Shown: positions 26,619-40,105, counted from the stretch's first letter. The stretch is 64,000 bases of DNA from Octopus vulgaris (GCA_951406725.2 OX597836.1:48050001-48114000); one strand, 5' to 3'. Translations and numbers: made by a program. The notes: generated by a model not told the origin, from the sequence alone.

Positions 26619-27004
26619 AACATTTTTATATTACAGTTGCATATTACAGGCTTATGACGATGTAAGAACACAACCAAAAACTACAAATTTAAATAATCCA
26701 TTTTTTATGCCAATAAATTTACAATCTTCTGCATTAGCTATTTTTTTTCAAAATTATGTTAAATACTTTGAAGGCTTGACACCAAAATAGCACTAAACCA
26801 TATCCAGAGTTGTTTCCCCTGCTTAACTGATCCTCGGTTTTACTTTGTTCGTGTCTAATTAAATAGATTTGGGAACTCCCTTGCTTTAAACATTTATATT
26901 TCCCCAACTTGCAAAGAAATGACTTTAGGACAATATCGAAGCTATTAATCCTACGAAAAATGCGAGAGAGCGATACAGTGGAACATCAGATTGTAAATAA
27001 ATTA

Positions 27005-27420
27005 ACATATGATCGTTGCCAAAGCGGCTAATCGGGGTTCGTGGAACCTAAAAAGCACCATTCGAACGGCTAATTGCCGGGGGAACCTAAAAAGCACCAT
27101 TCGAACGTGATCATTACCAGCGTCGCCATTACTGGCAGTTGTGCAGGTGACACGTAAAATAAATTTAAAAAACGATTTTTTTTTTTGTGGCCTTTGCCAG
27201 TACCGCCTGACTGGCCCTCGTGCCGGTGGCATGTAAAAGCACCCACTACACTCTCGGAGCGGTTGGCGTTAGGAAGGGCATCCAGCTGTAGAAACACTGC
27301 CAGATCAAGATTGGAGCCTGGTGCAGCCATCTGGTTCGCCAGTCCTCGGTCAAATCGTCCAACCCATGCCAGCATGGAAAGCGGACGTTAAACGATGATG
27401 ATGATGATGCTGATGATGAT
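27005..27420 (+). mobile_element. RTE 3'UTR/tail fragment
   Basis: aaaagcacc repeats, ggaagggcatccagctgtagaaac, gcatggaaagcggacgttaaac(gat)n; same as the RTE tails at 4650 and 36765. Confidence 0.85.
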
Positions 27421-27759
27421 TAATTACTGATTATAAACTTGTTGCCAGTTCAAAAAAGGTTGCAGCTGATTCCGTAAGAAGACCATGCATATTTGAAATA
27501 GCCACAAGTTTGGGTTTTAATCACATCATTGCCTTCGTTCCGTGATATTGGTAGTTTCAAACATCGTCACGGATGGGGATGAACGGGAATAGTCGATTAT
27601 GTCTACCCCAGGACTCATATGTATTTTATTTTATCGATGTGAGAGGTGGGTAGGAAGCAAAGCTGACCTCGTCAGGATTTCAACTCAGACCTTTAAAGAC
27701 TGGAAGGAATCCCATAAGGGATCCAGCCAACCCACCGGTCTATTAATATTTCTTCCTAC

Positions 27760-27975
27760 GAGAGGCACAAGACCTGGAATTGCTTGGAGGAAGTGGGGTA
27801 TGTCGATTAGATCGACCCTAGCGCTCGACTGGTACTTATTTTATCGATTCCGAAAGGATGAAAGGCAAAGTCGACCTCGGCAGAATTTGAACTTAGAACA
27901 TAAAGTCGAAAGAAATACTGGGAAATGTTTTGTTCGGCGCGCTAACGACTCTACCAGCTCGCTCCCTCCACCACC
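27760..27975 (-). mobile_element. SINE family B
   Basis: ggtacttattttatcg...ggatgaaaggcaaagtcgacctcggcagaatttgaac. Confidence 0.8.
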
Positions 27976-28615
27976 CTATTAATATCGATTAATGAGAGTA
28001 TTTTAAGAATATTACTGCAGATTCAGCATTACTAGACTGAGAGAGAGAGAGAGAGAGAGAGTGGTGAAGACAGAAGACGACCATGTTTTTAATGTCATTT
28101 TCACGCTTTGTAAACTCATATTCCATCGGGATTTAATTTTGCTTTTCACAACACCGTGATCGATCAAATACATATCAATTACATATTGAATATTGATTCA
28201 ATTGCTTTTCTCCATTCCCTACCAATAGGAAGTCTTACGTCAATGTGAGGGAATCGATATTAGATATAATAAGCTTTAGAGTAGAAACGAGTAAAATGGT
28301 CGCGTAGATAAAATATTGAATTGTTCAGACGTCTCCAGTTCAAATCTGCTGCAGTTTGTCATTGTTTCGGAGTGCTGTCCTTAATGTTGCATTCCTCAGT
28401 TCCATATATAACTATTTTCAAATAATACCATACAAAGACTCTCTCATCTTATGATACAGCTACGGCTTTATCTGAGGCTAAATTTACCTCTTGCTTGCAT
28501 AACGACCACGGGGCTTTTGCAGCATAAGAGTATCCATGAGTAGTGCAATGTCACCTCTTGTAGAATTAGCAATTTTTTCAAGAGAGCATTGGGGAGATGC
28601 TCTCCAAATCTCAGC

Positions 28616-28648
<33 letters not shown>

Positions 28649-29349
28649 TATTTATAAGTTAATATTGATCAATATAGGAAGCAGCAGAGGCTGACTGTAA
28701 CAACCTGTTATCTATCGACACAAAGATCTGAAGAAAGATCTCTACGCGATTCTAAAAATATGCTTAGAAGCTGGAAGTGAGATGAGTTAATCTTAATAAA
28801 AGTAGACAGTTAAAAAAAAAATGAAAATCTTCATTTAAATGTAAAAAGAAAAAAAACCCTTCGAAACACCTGTTTATAACTTGTAGAAGATGCGATTACT
28901 TCGAAACAGCAGATAAAACCATTCTACAAAAGATATTTTGCGAAAAATAAAGAGCGAGAGAGGGAGGGGGAGGGAAAGAGAGAGGTTATTGTATTTGTGA
29001 CCCAGTTCACTAATGCAAGTGACTATATGTGGTTTACCGAATTTTAAGAATACTTAATTCTGAGGCAGAAGATGAAAAGAAGAATGTCGAGAACCAACCG
29101 AAAAGGCAGTGAAATAGAATAAAACTTGTCGGCAGCGTTTGTGTAATGTCAATGACCTGAGATCTCAACGCTTCGTTCCGCTTCGCTCTAAATGCAGGAG
29201 ATATCGTCAGGTGGTACTGCATCTTTGTAAATAGTAATTCGTTACCTTGAAGTTAAATTTCACCTCACCAGGTAAACATATTGCTATTTATGCACCTCAC
29301 TGAGGCTGTGTCGATTCTTCTCCCAGACGAAGTATGAATATGTTTCTGC

Positions 29350-29508
29350 CGACACTTCACGTTCTGAAGCCAAGTTCCGCTGAGATCGATTTTGGCCTTC
29401 CATCTTCTTGTGGTCAATGAAATAAGCGCCTGTTGATCAATAGGATCGATATAATCAACTTACTCCCCTCCTAAAATTGCTGGCATTGTGCCTAAATTTG
29501 AAACCATT
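29350..29508 (+). mobile_element. SINE family B, partial
   Basis: gttctgaag...aaattgctggcattgtgcctaaatttgaaacc. Confidence 0.7.
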
Positions 29509-29769
29509 CTTATCAATTTATAATTACTGTAAAAATTAGGTTAACATTTAAGACAACATCCTTGGAGAACTAGAAAAAAACTACTGAAAAAATCGTTGTT
29601 AGACAAAATATTTTCTTGAATTACATTTTCCGACTCATAAGGAGTTGAACTTGGAATAAAAATGGATGAAATTAATATTCCAAAGTATCTGTTACGATAC
29701 AGAACACTGAAATTTGTTTGAGGTTTTTGATTTTAAAAAAATGTTTATTTTCATCTTAAATAAAAAATG

Positions 29770-30010
29770 TTGTCGCTGCTACGAAGGACAAACAGCCAGA
29801 TAGTTGGAAGCTTATTGTTTTTGGAATAGGTTTCAAGACGTTGGCTGGTCATTGTGTGCTGCTGCCGCCGGTCCGTTCATTGTTTTTGTGTTGTCAGAGC
29901 GCTCCGGTCAGCTGCTGCTTCTGGTACTGTCTCCTCTGTCCAGTCTCATGCCTGCCGCCCGCCGCCTCTCAGTAGTGTCTAAATCGCGCTGAATACATCG
30001 AGGTGGTAAG
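29770..30010. promoter_or_regulatory. GC/CpG-enriched unique island (possible promoter or non-coding first exon)
   Basis: gccgccggtccg, gcgctccgg and gccgcccgccgcc in an AT-rich background; donor-like gtg|gtaagg near 30005. Confidence 0.3.
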
Positions 30011-30274
30011 GCTTAGAAAAAGCACGCCAAAGCTAAAACTGTCGTTAGATCCGGTTCCACACCAAGTCTTCAATGGTCACATTTTTTTTATGACATTTGT
30101 AATATTCTAGCGAATTGTGATCGTATTTTTGAGTTGCTTTTTTTCTTCTTACATCTGATATAGCGATCCGGGTTCGATTACCAAATATTCCTGCTACTTA
30201 ATAAAAGTTCCGTACTCTTTCTGCTTGACCACCTCCACAATCTGCTGACATGACCGTCTCCACTGTCCACACTG

Positions 30275-30882
30275 GTTTCAACTTTTGGCTCAAGGCCAGC
30301 AGGTTCGGGGGAGGGGGATGAGTCGATTACATGACCCCAATGTTCAGCTGGTGCTTATTTTATCGACTCCAAAATGATGAAAGGACAAGTGGACCTCAGT
30401 AGAATTTGAACTCAGAACAAAAAGACGGACGAAATGCCGATAAGCATTTTGTCCGGCGTGCTAACGATTCTTATTTCCTTATTGCCCACAAGGGGCTAAA
30501 CATAGAGGGGACAAACAAGGACAGACAAACGAATTAAGTCGACTACATCGACCGCAGTGCGTGTCTGGTACTTAATTTAATCGACCCCGAAAGGATGAAA
30601 GGTAAAGTCGACCTCGGCGGAATTTGAACTCAGAACGTAGCGGCAGACGAAATACCTATTTCTTTACTACCCACAAGGGGCTAAACACAGAAGGGACAAA
30701 CAAGCACAGACAAACGGATTGATTACATCGACTCCAGTGCGTAACTGGTACTTATTTAATCGACCCCGAAAGGATGAAAGGGAAAGTGTACCTCAGTGGA
30801 ATTTGAACTCAGAACAAAAAGACGGACGAAATGCCGATAAGCATTTTGTCCGGCGTGCTAACGATTCTGCCCGCTTGCCGCC
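30275..30882 (-). mobile_element. Tandem array of three SINE B units with two different tails
   Basis: Units at about 30275-30471, 30472-30657 and 30658-30882, each containing gtcgacctc..gaatttgaactcagaac-like core. Confidence 0.85.
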
Positions 30883-31554
30883 TAAGCTACACTTAATACT
30901 AATAATTCAAACACTTTGCCGATACAAATTGAAATTCGACACATTGAAATACACTAAATTATTAAATGAATCACACCCCCAGTAAACAATCACTCAACTC
31001 TGGAGGAATTATGGCTGTCCAGGAAGGATGAGGAGAGATCCGATGGACTCACCCTTTCTACTTAGGTTGGAGGCAAACACCTCAAATGGGACATCATTAC
31101 CAACGATTTTTTCCTTCCATCACACATTGTTGATGATAGTGTGGTGAAAAGAGCCACTGCATCCATAGCTGATTCACATAAGAGATTGAAATATCATAAT
31201 TTGTCGGTGAATTGTATTTTTTTAACGTCTGTTTGATGGAGTTGGTGAACCGCTGACAAGAAGAAGGTTTTTATCGTTAGCGAAGTATCAGACGAAGCTC
31301 GTGTGGTAACTTTGGTGATTCAGCATCTCCGCCATGTGATAACCCGCGGTAATGACGCAAGAATTTTCAGATGTCCCATGAGGGGAAAATCAATATTCCC
31401 TGGTGTGAATATATATTTGACAGGAGTGCCATGTATTTTTATTTCGTTTGTTGTCTTTTTGTATCTTTTTTTCGCCATTTCTATGGTTTCATTTTGTAAA
31501 TTGTAATTGACAGAGACTATTTCTGTTAATAGGCCGAAAATATTTAGTAAACCT

Positions 31555-32691
31555 TAGTCATAAAATTCTATACCTTGACTTTGTTAAGGCTTTCAACTCT
31601 GTGCCACACAAAAGGCTTATGGTGAAACTCTCTGCAATGGGTGTGAGGGATGATCTTTTTAACTGGTTGAAATCCTTCATTCTCAGCCGAAAGGAGGTAG
31701 TCACAGTTCTAGGACAGCATTCTACACCATATGAGATGCCATCGGGTGTACCACAGGGATCTGTTCTTGGTCCCCTCTTGTTTGTGGCATACATTAATGG
31801 CATAGATGCCAATTTAAAGAATGCCACAGTATTGAAATATGCAGACGACATCAAGCTGTACCTTGAAATCAAGCGGACAGATCCTGTTGTCTACAGCTCT
31901 TTCCTGCAATCAGACCCGGACACAATGCAGCAATGGATCACAGACTGGCAACTGAAACTGGCTGTGGACAAGTGTACCACCATGCATTTTGGGAGAAAAA
32001 ACCCTGCGTCCACATACTCCATCCACAACACTGATATCAAGAAATCCTCTTGCGAGCGTGACCTAGGCATCACTGTCAGCAGTGATTTGCGTTGGATAAA
32101 GCATATCTCTAAAATTATCAAGAAGGCCGAGGGTGTCTTGACATCACTCAGCAAGACTTTTGTTAGCCGCTCTCCAGCCATCTATTTAAAACTGTATACA
32201 GCTATGGTACGACCACACTTGGAATTCGCATCATCAGTTTGAAACCCCTATCTTGCTTAGAACATTGACCTCCTGGAATCTGTTCAGAGACGTGCAACCA
32301 AACGCATACCCTCCATCAGACACCTACCATATTCTGAGCGCCTTGTTTCCCTGGGCATGGATTCACTGAAGCTCCGGCGTCTGGCGATGAACTTGGTAAA
32401 CACCCACAAAGTTATCAACCACCTCACCAACAACAACACTGAACACCTTTTTGATCTGCATGTGTCCAACATACGTGGACATGCCTACAAAGTCAGAAAA
32501 CAGCACAGCTCCCATGACTTTCGGAAACATTTTTTCACGCTCAGAGTTGCTGAAGCATGGAATAAACTGCCTGCCATGGCACTGCATCCTTTAAGGCCCT
32601 CATGCTTTCCGAAATCCGCCGAAACTACACCTGATTATACATACACTTTAGATGAGTTGTAGTGCACCTGAGCACTGTACACAATGTTTTA

Positions 32692-32742
<51 letters not shown>
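31555..32742 (+). mobile_element. CR1/Jockey-group LINE, 5'-truncated (RT pseudogene)
   Basis: YLDFVKAFNSVPH...SGVPQGSVLGPLLF...YADDIK...ERDLGI...VRPHLEFASSV*; C-terminal RGHAYKV...FFTLRVAEAWNKLP; (TTA)n tail. Confidence 0.92.
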
Positions 32743-32747
<5 letters not shown>

Positions 32748-33599
32748 TTCTTCGCCGTTGAAAAAGAAATATAAAAAAGTCACCAGAAGTTTTTTTGTCA
32801 AGGGAGAAAACTCATAACTGATATAGTTCTTGATACACTCCCCTGAAATTCAATATCTGAATTGATTAATTTTATACGGAATATTTACCTAAGTTTATTC
32901 ATTTTAAATTCTATTTCATTTCATACTTCGTTTGATTATGTGTATCGTAAACATTCAATGACAAATTTCTAATTCTCATAACGTTGTTTAAAACAGGAAA
33001 GTTACGTTATTGATATATGCTAGCAATGAATAAAATTATAAGTCGCATATATATATGACTAATTTTTACCTGCATTAAGTGTAAGTCACAAATATATTCC
33101 TGATGACAACCAAAGAAGACTGGTCAGTGTGGACAGAAAGTTGACCTCTAGGAAAGTCTGATATGAATGAACAAACAACATCATTCGCAGCCCTCGCCGA
33201 AGAGCAGCTTTGCAAGTTATGAGACAAGCAGGGAGCGATACTTACCAGGGTATCCCGAAAGGGAGAAGGTTGAGAGGCTCACGAGGGTGGACACAACAGT
33301 AGTGACCACAGAATACACATAGACAACGAGGCAGTTCATTTAAATTGCACTTGCAAGCAAAGTATTAGAAGATGAATACCATTGGAGCAAAGTCTTTAAG
33401 AACGCAAAGGACTTAAGATACATTAAGTCAGGACAAAATGTGGAGGGAGGGAGAACATACACAGCACAGATAGGAGACATCAAGTGAGATGCAAGAGAAC
33501 TTCTGCTGGCATCTCACAGCATATGAGACCCCTTTGCAGGAGAGATTCTTCTTATGCTGCCCCAGACATCCAACCTGAAAGTGAAGTACCCCCTGCCTA

Positions 33600-33897
33600 G
33601 TCAATGCAGTGGTGCTTTTTATGTGCCACCTGTGCTGGTAGCACATAAAAAGCACCATTTGAGCGTGGCCGTTGCCAGTACCGCCTGACTGGCCCTCGTG
33701 CTGGTGGCTTGTAAAAGCACCCACTACACTCTCGGAGTGGTTGGCGTTAGGAAGGGCATCCAGCTGTAGAAACTCTGCCAGTTCAGACTGGAGTTTTGGT
33801 GCAGCCATCTGGTTCACCAGAACTCAGTCAAATCGTCCAACCCATGCCAGCATGGAAAGCGGACGTTAAACGATGATGATGATGATGATGATGATGA
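33600..33897 (+). mobile_element. RTE 3' tail fragment
   Basis: Near-identical to 27190-27420; (GAT)n tail. Confidence 0.85.
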
Positions 33898-35212
33898 ACA
33901 AGGACCTTGACAGGGTTCTAGAGACCACATTAGCAAGAAGGAAAATTGTATGCTTGACAGCAATTTTCCTTACTATGTCCAAGGAACATTTTGGCATTAC
34001 TGAGCAGAAGAAAGATATTGTTGAAGCACCAGAAAAACAGCTTGGCAGGAAGAACGATCTCATATGAAGAGAGAGAGCAATTAAAAATTCTGAAGTTATA
34101 TCTTAAAGTGTTGAGGAAAAAGAAGGCATAAAAGACTTGACTAGAAGGGAGAAGCTGTGCAGTCTGAAATGAGCTGAAAGGTCTCGAAAACCTAGGCAGA
34201 AGGAAGATAAGTGAGCTCAGTTTATAAAGGGCCCATATAAGTTCACCATACAAGTTTACCAAAACTACTGCAAGAAACAACATCTGGGAGACAGATCAGC
34301 CCTAAAAGAGATGAGGAAGAATTCCTTAAAGAAAGCCACAATGTCAGTTTTTGGAGACATGAGTTGAGTGCAAACTGACGGTCATTAGAATGAGAAGCTT
34401 GGTATTAGAGAATCAGCAAGGAAAGAAGGAAAGAGAGGTTGTGCTGAAAGTTCGATCAGCTTCTGCTCCAGGACCAAGATACAAGAGAAGATCCCTTCTG
34501 CAGACTAAGGAAACTTTTAGGGACAGTATGGTCAAAATACAGCATCCCATCAACCGAGGAAAGAGCTGAGGGTTGCTTCATACAAAAAGAAACAAATTCC
34601 TCTGAGATTAGCCAGTTCTGGTCAACTGTGTCTCTCCTCTGAGTGTCCCAGCCAGAACGATGATGACTTCCATGTTGAAGAACAAATATATTGATGAATC
34701 AACCCAGAAGATGGCATGTTAGAGTTCTTTGGGTAATTGGAGTACTTAGGTATCTTTAACTAACTGGTCCGACAAGAAAAGAAAAGGCATTCCAACAGTA
34801 GTCTGTATTGACTTGGCTAATATGTAAGGCTTAGTTTCATACGACCTCATCAATGCAGCTATGGAAGACCATCTGAGGTTCAAAACTGCCTGGTTCACAA
34901 ATCTTTGGTATGACCCAGAAAAGGGCATCATAGTTGGTTGTACAATTTCACCAACCTTGTTTGTCATGGGCGTTAATCTGCTCATAACATCAGCAAGGAA
35001 GGAATGCAGGGGCCCGATAAAGTAATTTGGATCTGCCAGGCTTCATGGGCGATCTAAGCATAACGTTTTCAAGCCATGTACAAACCACAATGAAATGCAA
35101 ATCAAGGACGTCAAGAAGTTTTGTAATTAGGAGTGAAAATGTGACAAGCAAGTTCCGGTTCCATGTTCAAGAGGAGGTCATATTAAGGTGTGCTGAATAA
35201 AATGTTTGCAAA

Positions 35213-35555
35213 AGTGCATGGCTCAGTGGTTAGAACATCAAGCTCACAATCATGAGATAGTGAGTTCGATTCTTAGACTGGGCTGTGTGTTGTGTTCTTG
35301 AGTAAGACATTTTATTTAACGTTACTCCAGTTCACTCACCTGTAGAAATGAGTTGTGACATCACTTGTTCCAAGCTGTATCGGCCCCTTTGCCTTTCCCT
35401 TGGATAACATTGGTAGCATGGAGAGGAGAGGCTGGCATGCATGGACGACTGCTGGTCTTCCATAAACAACCTTGCCTGGACTTATGCTTTGGAGGAGAAC
35501 TTTCTAGTGGCAATCCTGTGGTTATTCCTGACCAAAGGGAGTCTTTACCCTTTAA
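35213..35555 (+). mobile_element. tRNA-derived SINE family C
   Basis: A box tggctcagtgg, B box gagttcgattc; candidate TSD taaaatgttt at 35198-35207 and 35560-35569. Confidence 0.8.
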
Positions 35556-36289
35556 AAACTAAAATGTTTAAGTAAGTGATACAAAGCCTTCCTTACTGAC
35601 TGAGGTAGTGTCTCAAGGATGCAGAAACAAGCAGAAGGCTGGCTGAAAAAGCTACAAGAATCAAGCTTTCCAAACAGGTTCAGGTAGGGATCTTCGAACA
35701 TGGGCCTCTGCCAATATACATATGGCTGTTACTGATCTATAAAATGCCACTGACAAACATTTGTGGAAGAAGCTGAGAAATGGGAGGACAAATACCTGTG
35801 CAGATGGTTTGAAATTCCATCTAGCTTCAGGTTAGTAGAGCTGTATATCAGGTCTGGACAGTTACTCCTGAATGCATAACTTTATTCACTCAACCTCTCA
35901 GTGTTTTGAACTGTTTGCTGAAATGTTTGTGATGCCTCAATGGTCACTAACTTCTGGGGAACTAAAACCAACTGTGACATTCCCTTGCAGTTTCATTTCT
36001 TCCATGCTATAAAGTCACAACCACAGAAATTTTAAGTTACGCACATAATGAGACTGTCACTGAAATGACCCAGCAGTCATCAGAAGGAAACCAACAGCCG
36101 GCATCATGTGATTTCTGCAATATGAGGATGTGTGAACTTCCACAACTGATGCCATGTAAAATTAATTTAATTTGATTTTTTTCCAATTTATTTTCCTTTC
36201 CCTTTCAGCATGATTCAACCATCTTTTAAAACGACTGAACCCAGTAGCATATTCTTTTATAAAAATGTAAATACTTTCTTTTGTCCATA

Positions 36290-36492
36290 GGCAGTCGCCC
36301 ATACATGCCAGCCTCTCTTCTCCATGCTACCAATGTTATCCAAGGGAAAGGCAAAGGTTAATACAGCTTGGAACAAGTGATGTCACAACTCATTTCTACA
36401 GGTGAGTGAACTGGAGCAACAAGAAATAAAATGTCTTGCTCAAGAACACAACACACAGCCCGGTCCAAGAATCGAACTCACTATCTCATGAT
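36290..36492 (-). mobile_element. SINE family C, inverted partial copy
   Basis: Reverse complement of about 35250-35450. Confidence 0.8.
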
Positions 36493-36759
36493 ACAAGCTA
36501 TTGTTTTTTTTTTTACTATAAATTCACTTGAGTGAAACCTCTTAAACTAATGCTGAAATCTACAATTTTTTTCATTGTCTCTCTGTTTATTTTCTCTTAT
36601 CCCTTTCTGTCAAAGAGCATAGGCCCGAAACATAAAAGGCTTTCCCATTCTTTCCAAGCACCAAACTAACACACTTTCTTGTTGTTCCCTCACCTATCTT
36701 GTTTTCCCATAAATTTCAACTCTATATACATATACATACATTCATACATACATATATAT

Positions 36760-38745
36760 ATCGTCATCATCATCATTTATTGTCCACTTTCCATGCTGGC
36801 ATGGGTTGGATGATTTGACTGAGAACTGGTGAACCAGATGGCTGCACCAGTCTCCAATCTTGATCTGGCAGAGTTTCTACAGCTGGATGCCCTTCCTAAC
36901 ACTAACCACTTTGAGAGTGTAGTGGGTGCTTTTACATGACACCGTCAGGTGGAAATGGCAACGGCCATGCTCAAATGGTGTTTTTTACATGCCACCTGCA
37001 CAGGAGCCAGTCCAGCAGTACTGCAATGACCTCACTCAAAAGTTTTTCCACGTGCCAGTAAGGTGACGCTGGTAATGATCACGCTCGAATGGTGCTTTTT
37101 ACATACCAATGGCATGGTTGGCTGCTCTGGAAATGATCACACTCGGATGGTGCTTTTAGTGCTCCACTAGCATGGATACAAGTCATCAAATTTGATTTCA
37201 ATTTCACTTGCCTCAACAGATCTTCGCAAGCAGAGTTTAGTGTCCAATGAAGGAAAGGTAAGCATAAGTGGGCTGGTTACACCCCTGGCATAGGCCACGA
37301 GGTTATGGTCTCACTTGGCTTGCCGGGTTTTCTCAAGCACAGCATATTTCCAAAGGTCTCGGTCGCTAGTCATTACCTCGGTGAGGCCTAATGTTTAAAG
37401 GTTGTGCTTCACCACTTCATCCCAGGTCTTCCTAGGTCTACCTCTTCCACAGGTTCCCCTCAACCACTAGGGTGTGGCACATTTTCACACAGCTATTCAC
37501 ATCCATTTTCGCCACATGACCATACGAGTGCAGTCGTCTCTCTCGCACACCACATCTGATGCTTCTTAGGTCCAACATTTCTCTCAAGGTACTTCCGCTC
37601 TGTCGAGTATGCACACTGACATTACACATCCATCTGAGCATACTGGCTTCATTCCTTGCGAGCTTACGCATGTCCTCAGCAGTCACGGCCCATGTTTCAC
37701 TGCCATGTAGCATGGCTGTTCGTACACATGCATCACACAGTCTGCCTTTTACTCTGAGCGAGAGGCCTTTAGTCACCAGCAGAGGTAAGAGCTCCCTGAA
37801 CTTTGCCCAGGCTATTCTTACTCTAGCAGTTACACTTTCAGCACACCCACCCCCACTACTGACTTGGTCACCTAGATAACGGAAGCTATCAACTACTTGT
37901 AGTTTTTCCCCCTGAAAAGTGATGGAAGTTGTTTTCTGCAGATTTTCAGAGTTTATTGCTCCTGAGCATCTGCCATATACAAAAACTATCTTCCCAGTTA
38001 GCCTTCTTTTTACATTGCTGCACCTCTTATGTGTCTATAGCTTACACTGGGTACATCTTATAGAGTTTCTACCTACGCCTTTTCTACAGATCGAGCAGGG
38101 CCATCTACCTCAAGGCATTTGTGGTTTGTCTACCTTCCTACTTATTAGTACTTTGGTTTTAGCTAGGTTGACTCTAAGGCCCCTCGATTCTAATCCCTCC
38201 TTCCACACCTGAAACTTCCCCTCCAGTTCTGATAGTGACTCAGCAATTAGAGCAAGGTCGTCAGCATAGAGGAGCTCCCAGGGGCATCCTGTCTTGAATT
38301 CCACCGTAATTGCCTGGAGGACTGTGATAAATAGGAGGGGGCTGAGGACTGAACCCTGGTGGACCCCAACCTCTACCTTGAATTCTTCAGTGTACATGTT
38401 GCCAACCCTCACCTTACTTACAGCATCCCTGTACATGGCTTGCACAGCTCTCACCAGCCATTCATCTATCCCTAGTTTCCTCACTGACCACCAGATAAGG
38501 GATCGGGGGACCCTGTCAAAAGCTTTCTCCATGTCAACGAAAGCCAGGTACAGGGGGCTTATCTTTGGCTAGGTATTTCTCCTGCAGCTGTCTCACCAGA
38601 AATATGGCATCAGTGGTGCTTTTCCCTGGCACGAAACCAAACTGCATCTCGTCCAAGTTGACTCTCTCCCTAATCAGTTGGGCTATGACACTCTCCGTAA
38701 CCTTCATTACCTGATCCAACAGCTTGATACCCCTGTAATTATTTT
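36760..38745 (-). mobile_element. RTE LINE, 5'-truncated, RT domain plus 3'UTR
   Basis: NYRGIKLL...QFGFVPGKSTTDAIF...DMEKAFDRVPR...GVHQGSVLSPLLF...LLYADDLAL; a few stops/frameshifts; (GAT)n tail. Confidence 0.95.
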
Positions 38746-38784
38746 TAGTATATATATATATATATATATATACACATACATATA

Positions 38785-40105
38785 TATTGTTGTGTCTGGG
38801 GAGAGTCATTTTCTTCTTGTGCCTTATAATGTAACACACTCACCAGTAAAATTTCCACTGATTTCTTATTTTCCTAAAATTTTCGTTGCATCTTGCAACC
38901 TTTTCAATAGTCTTGACTCTGTCCGTTATTTACACTGCTTTCCTTTTTGCTTGTTTGTGTGCATGTGTGTGGGTCAGTGTGTGTGTGTGTGCCTATGCAT
39001 GCGTGTATGTATGTATGTGTGTATATATGTGTGTATGCATATGTATATATGTATGTATGTGTGTGCATCTGTATGTATGTATCCTGCATATTCATGTACT
39101 TGCATGTCTGTGTTTATGTATGTATGTGTGTGTGAGCATGGGTTTATATATGTATGCACCTCTGTCTCCTTGTGTGTGCATGTCTGTGTGTATGTGTTAT
39201 GCAACTATGTACCATGTTTGTATGTATGGAAGTGCATCTCCATATGTGTGGACACATGTCATCATATGAGTTCTTGTGTGAAGTAAAATGTGTGTGTGTA
39301 TATATATATGGTCTTGTATTTCGGTCTCCATTTGCATATGTGTGCTTGTCTGTTCATATAACCTGTGTACCTGTCCGTCTGTTTTTTTTCATATCCATAT
39401 GCTTACATACATGTGCATATACACATACATACCCCCCCACACACACACACACATCTATCTACATAACAGCCCACTAACTATTCTATTCTACCTGTGTAAA
39501 CTGTGGGTATGATATCTACTATGTATATTTCCTATTTAGTATTGGGGAAGTTTCATTTATAAGGACGTACTCCCGTATTTGTCTGAGTGTTGTGTCTTTT
39601 GGGTGCTTGGATAAGATGCAGAAGTCAAGTTGACCCAAGTTGCCTCCAGGTGGTCTTTGGCCTGTTGGTAGAGTAGGGAGGACTGTTTTTTGTCGTCATA
39701 TTGTCTCAGATGTTCATTTAGTCTTTCCACAATGCTCCTAGATGTCTCCCCTATGTACATCATGTTCATGTCTTTACAAGCACCTTCTATGCATCTTATA
39801 CTGTAAACTACATTTTGAGTTCTACAGTTAATGCCTGGGCTAATCCTACATACTATGCAGTTATCATTGGTGCATATGGTATTCTCAAAGAGGTACGTCC
39901 TACATAGTTGTGATCTGACGGAGTTCCCTGGCTTTTCAACAATCTTAATGTTGAGTTTGGTCTCCTTCAGAGCTTTTCTAAATCTACGGGTTAGTTCTCC
40001 ATGGGCTGTGGCCTCTACAAACATCACTCCTTGATATTTGTCGGTTTTATACCACGTGTTCGCCCTGTTTGCTTTGTCACATGTTCTTTGTATCCTATAC
40101 AAAAT
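38785..40105 (-). mobile_element. Penelope-like element 3' fragment (GIY-YIG endonuclease, Neptune-like Cys linker) with 3' region
   Basis: ORF 39557-40111: C-x4-C-x2-C linker, then NVVYSIRC...C...MYIGETSRSIVERLNEH; bounded by TA-rich tracts; HHR-like motif downstream. Confidence 0.88.
38874..38910 (-). ncRNA. Minimal hammerhead-like motif with U3-A8 core variant
   Basis: CUA-UUGAAAA-G-GUUGCA-aga-UGCAAC-GAAA-AUUU-UAG on the minus strand. Confidence 0.5.

Larger units (their letters stand above)
33150..35870 (+). pseudogene. Highly decayed R2/Hero-like non-LTR retrotransposon
   Basis: Fragments DLDRVLETTL..RKI...EHFG (about 33900), VVCIDLAN..G.VSYDLI (about 34800), GIIVGCTISPTLFVMGVNLLI (about 34925) and EHGPLP.YIWLLLIY (about 35700) resemble Hero-clade RT; interrupted by an RTE tail and a SINE. 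Confidence 0.65.

Noticed and set aside
27040-27260. CRISPR-like repeats (aaaagcacc units with spacers)
   Set aside because: Eukaryotic context, irregular units and no cas genes; these are internal repeats of the RTE 3'UTR
36605-36640. Hammerhead-like gagcataggcccgaaacata near a TA-flanked repeat end
   Set aside because: The core CUGANGA is not present in this copy (tcaaaga); at best a decayed motif
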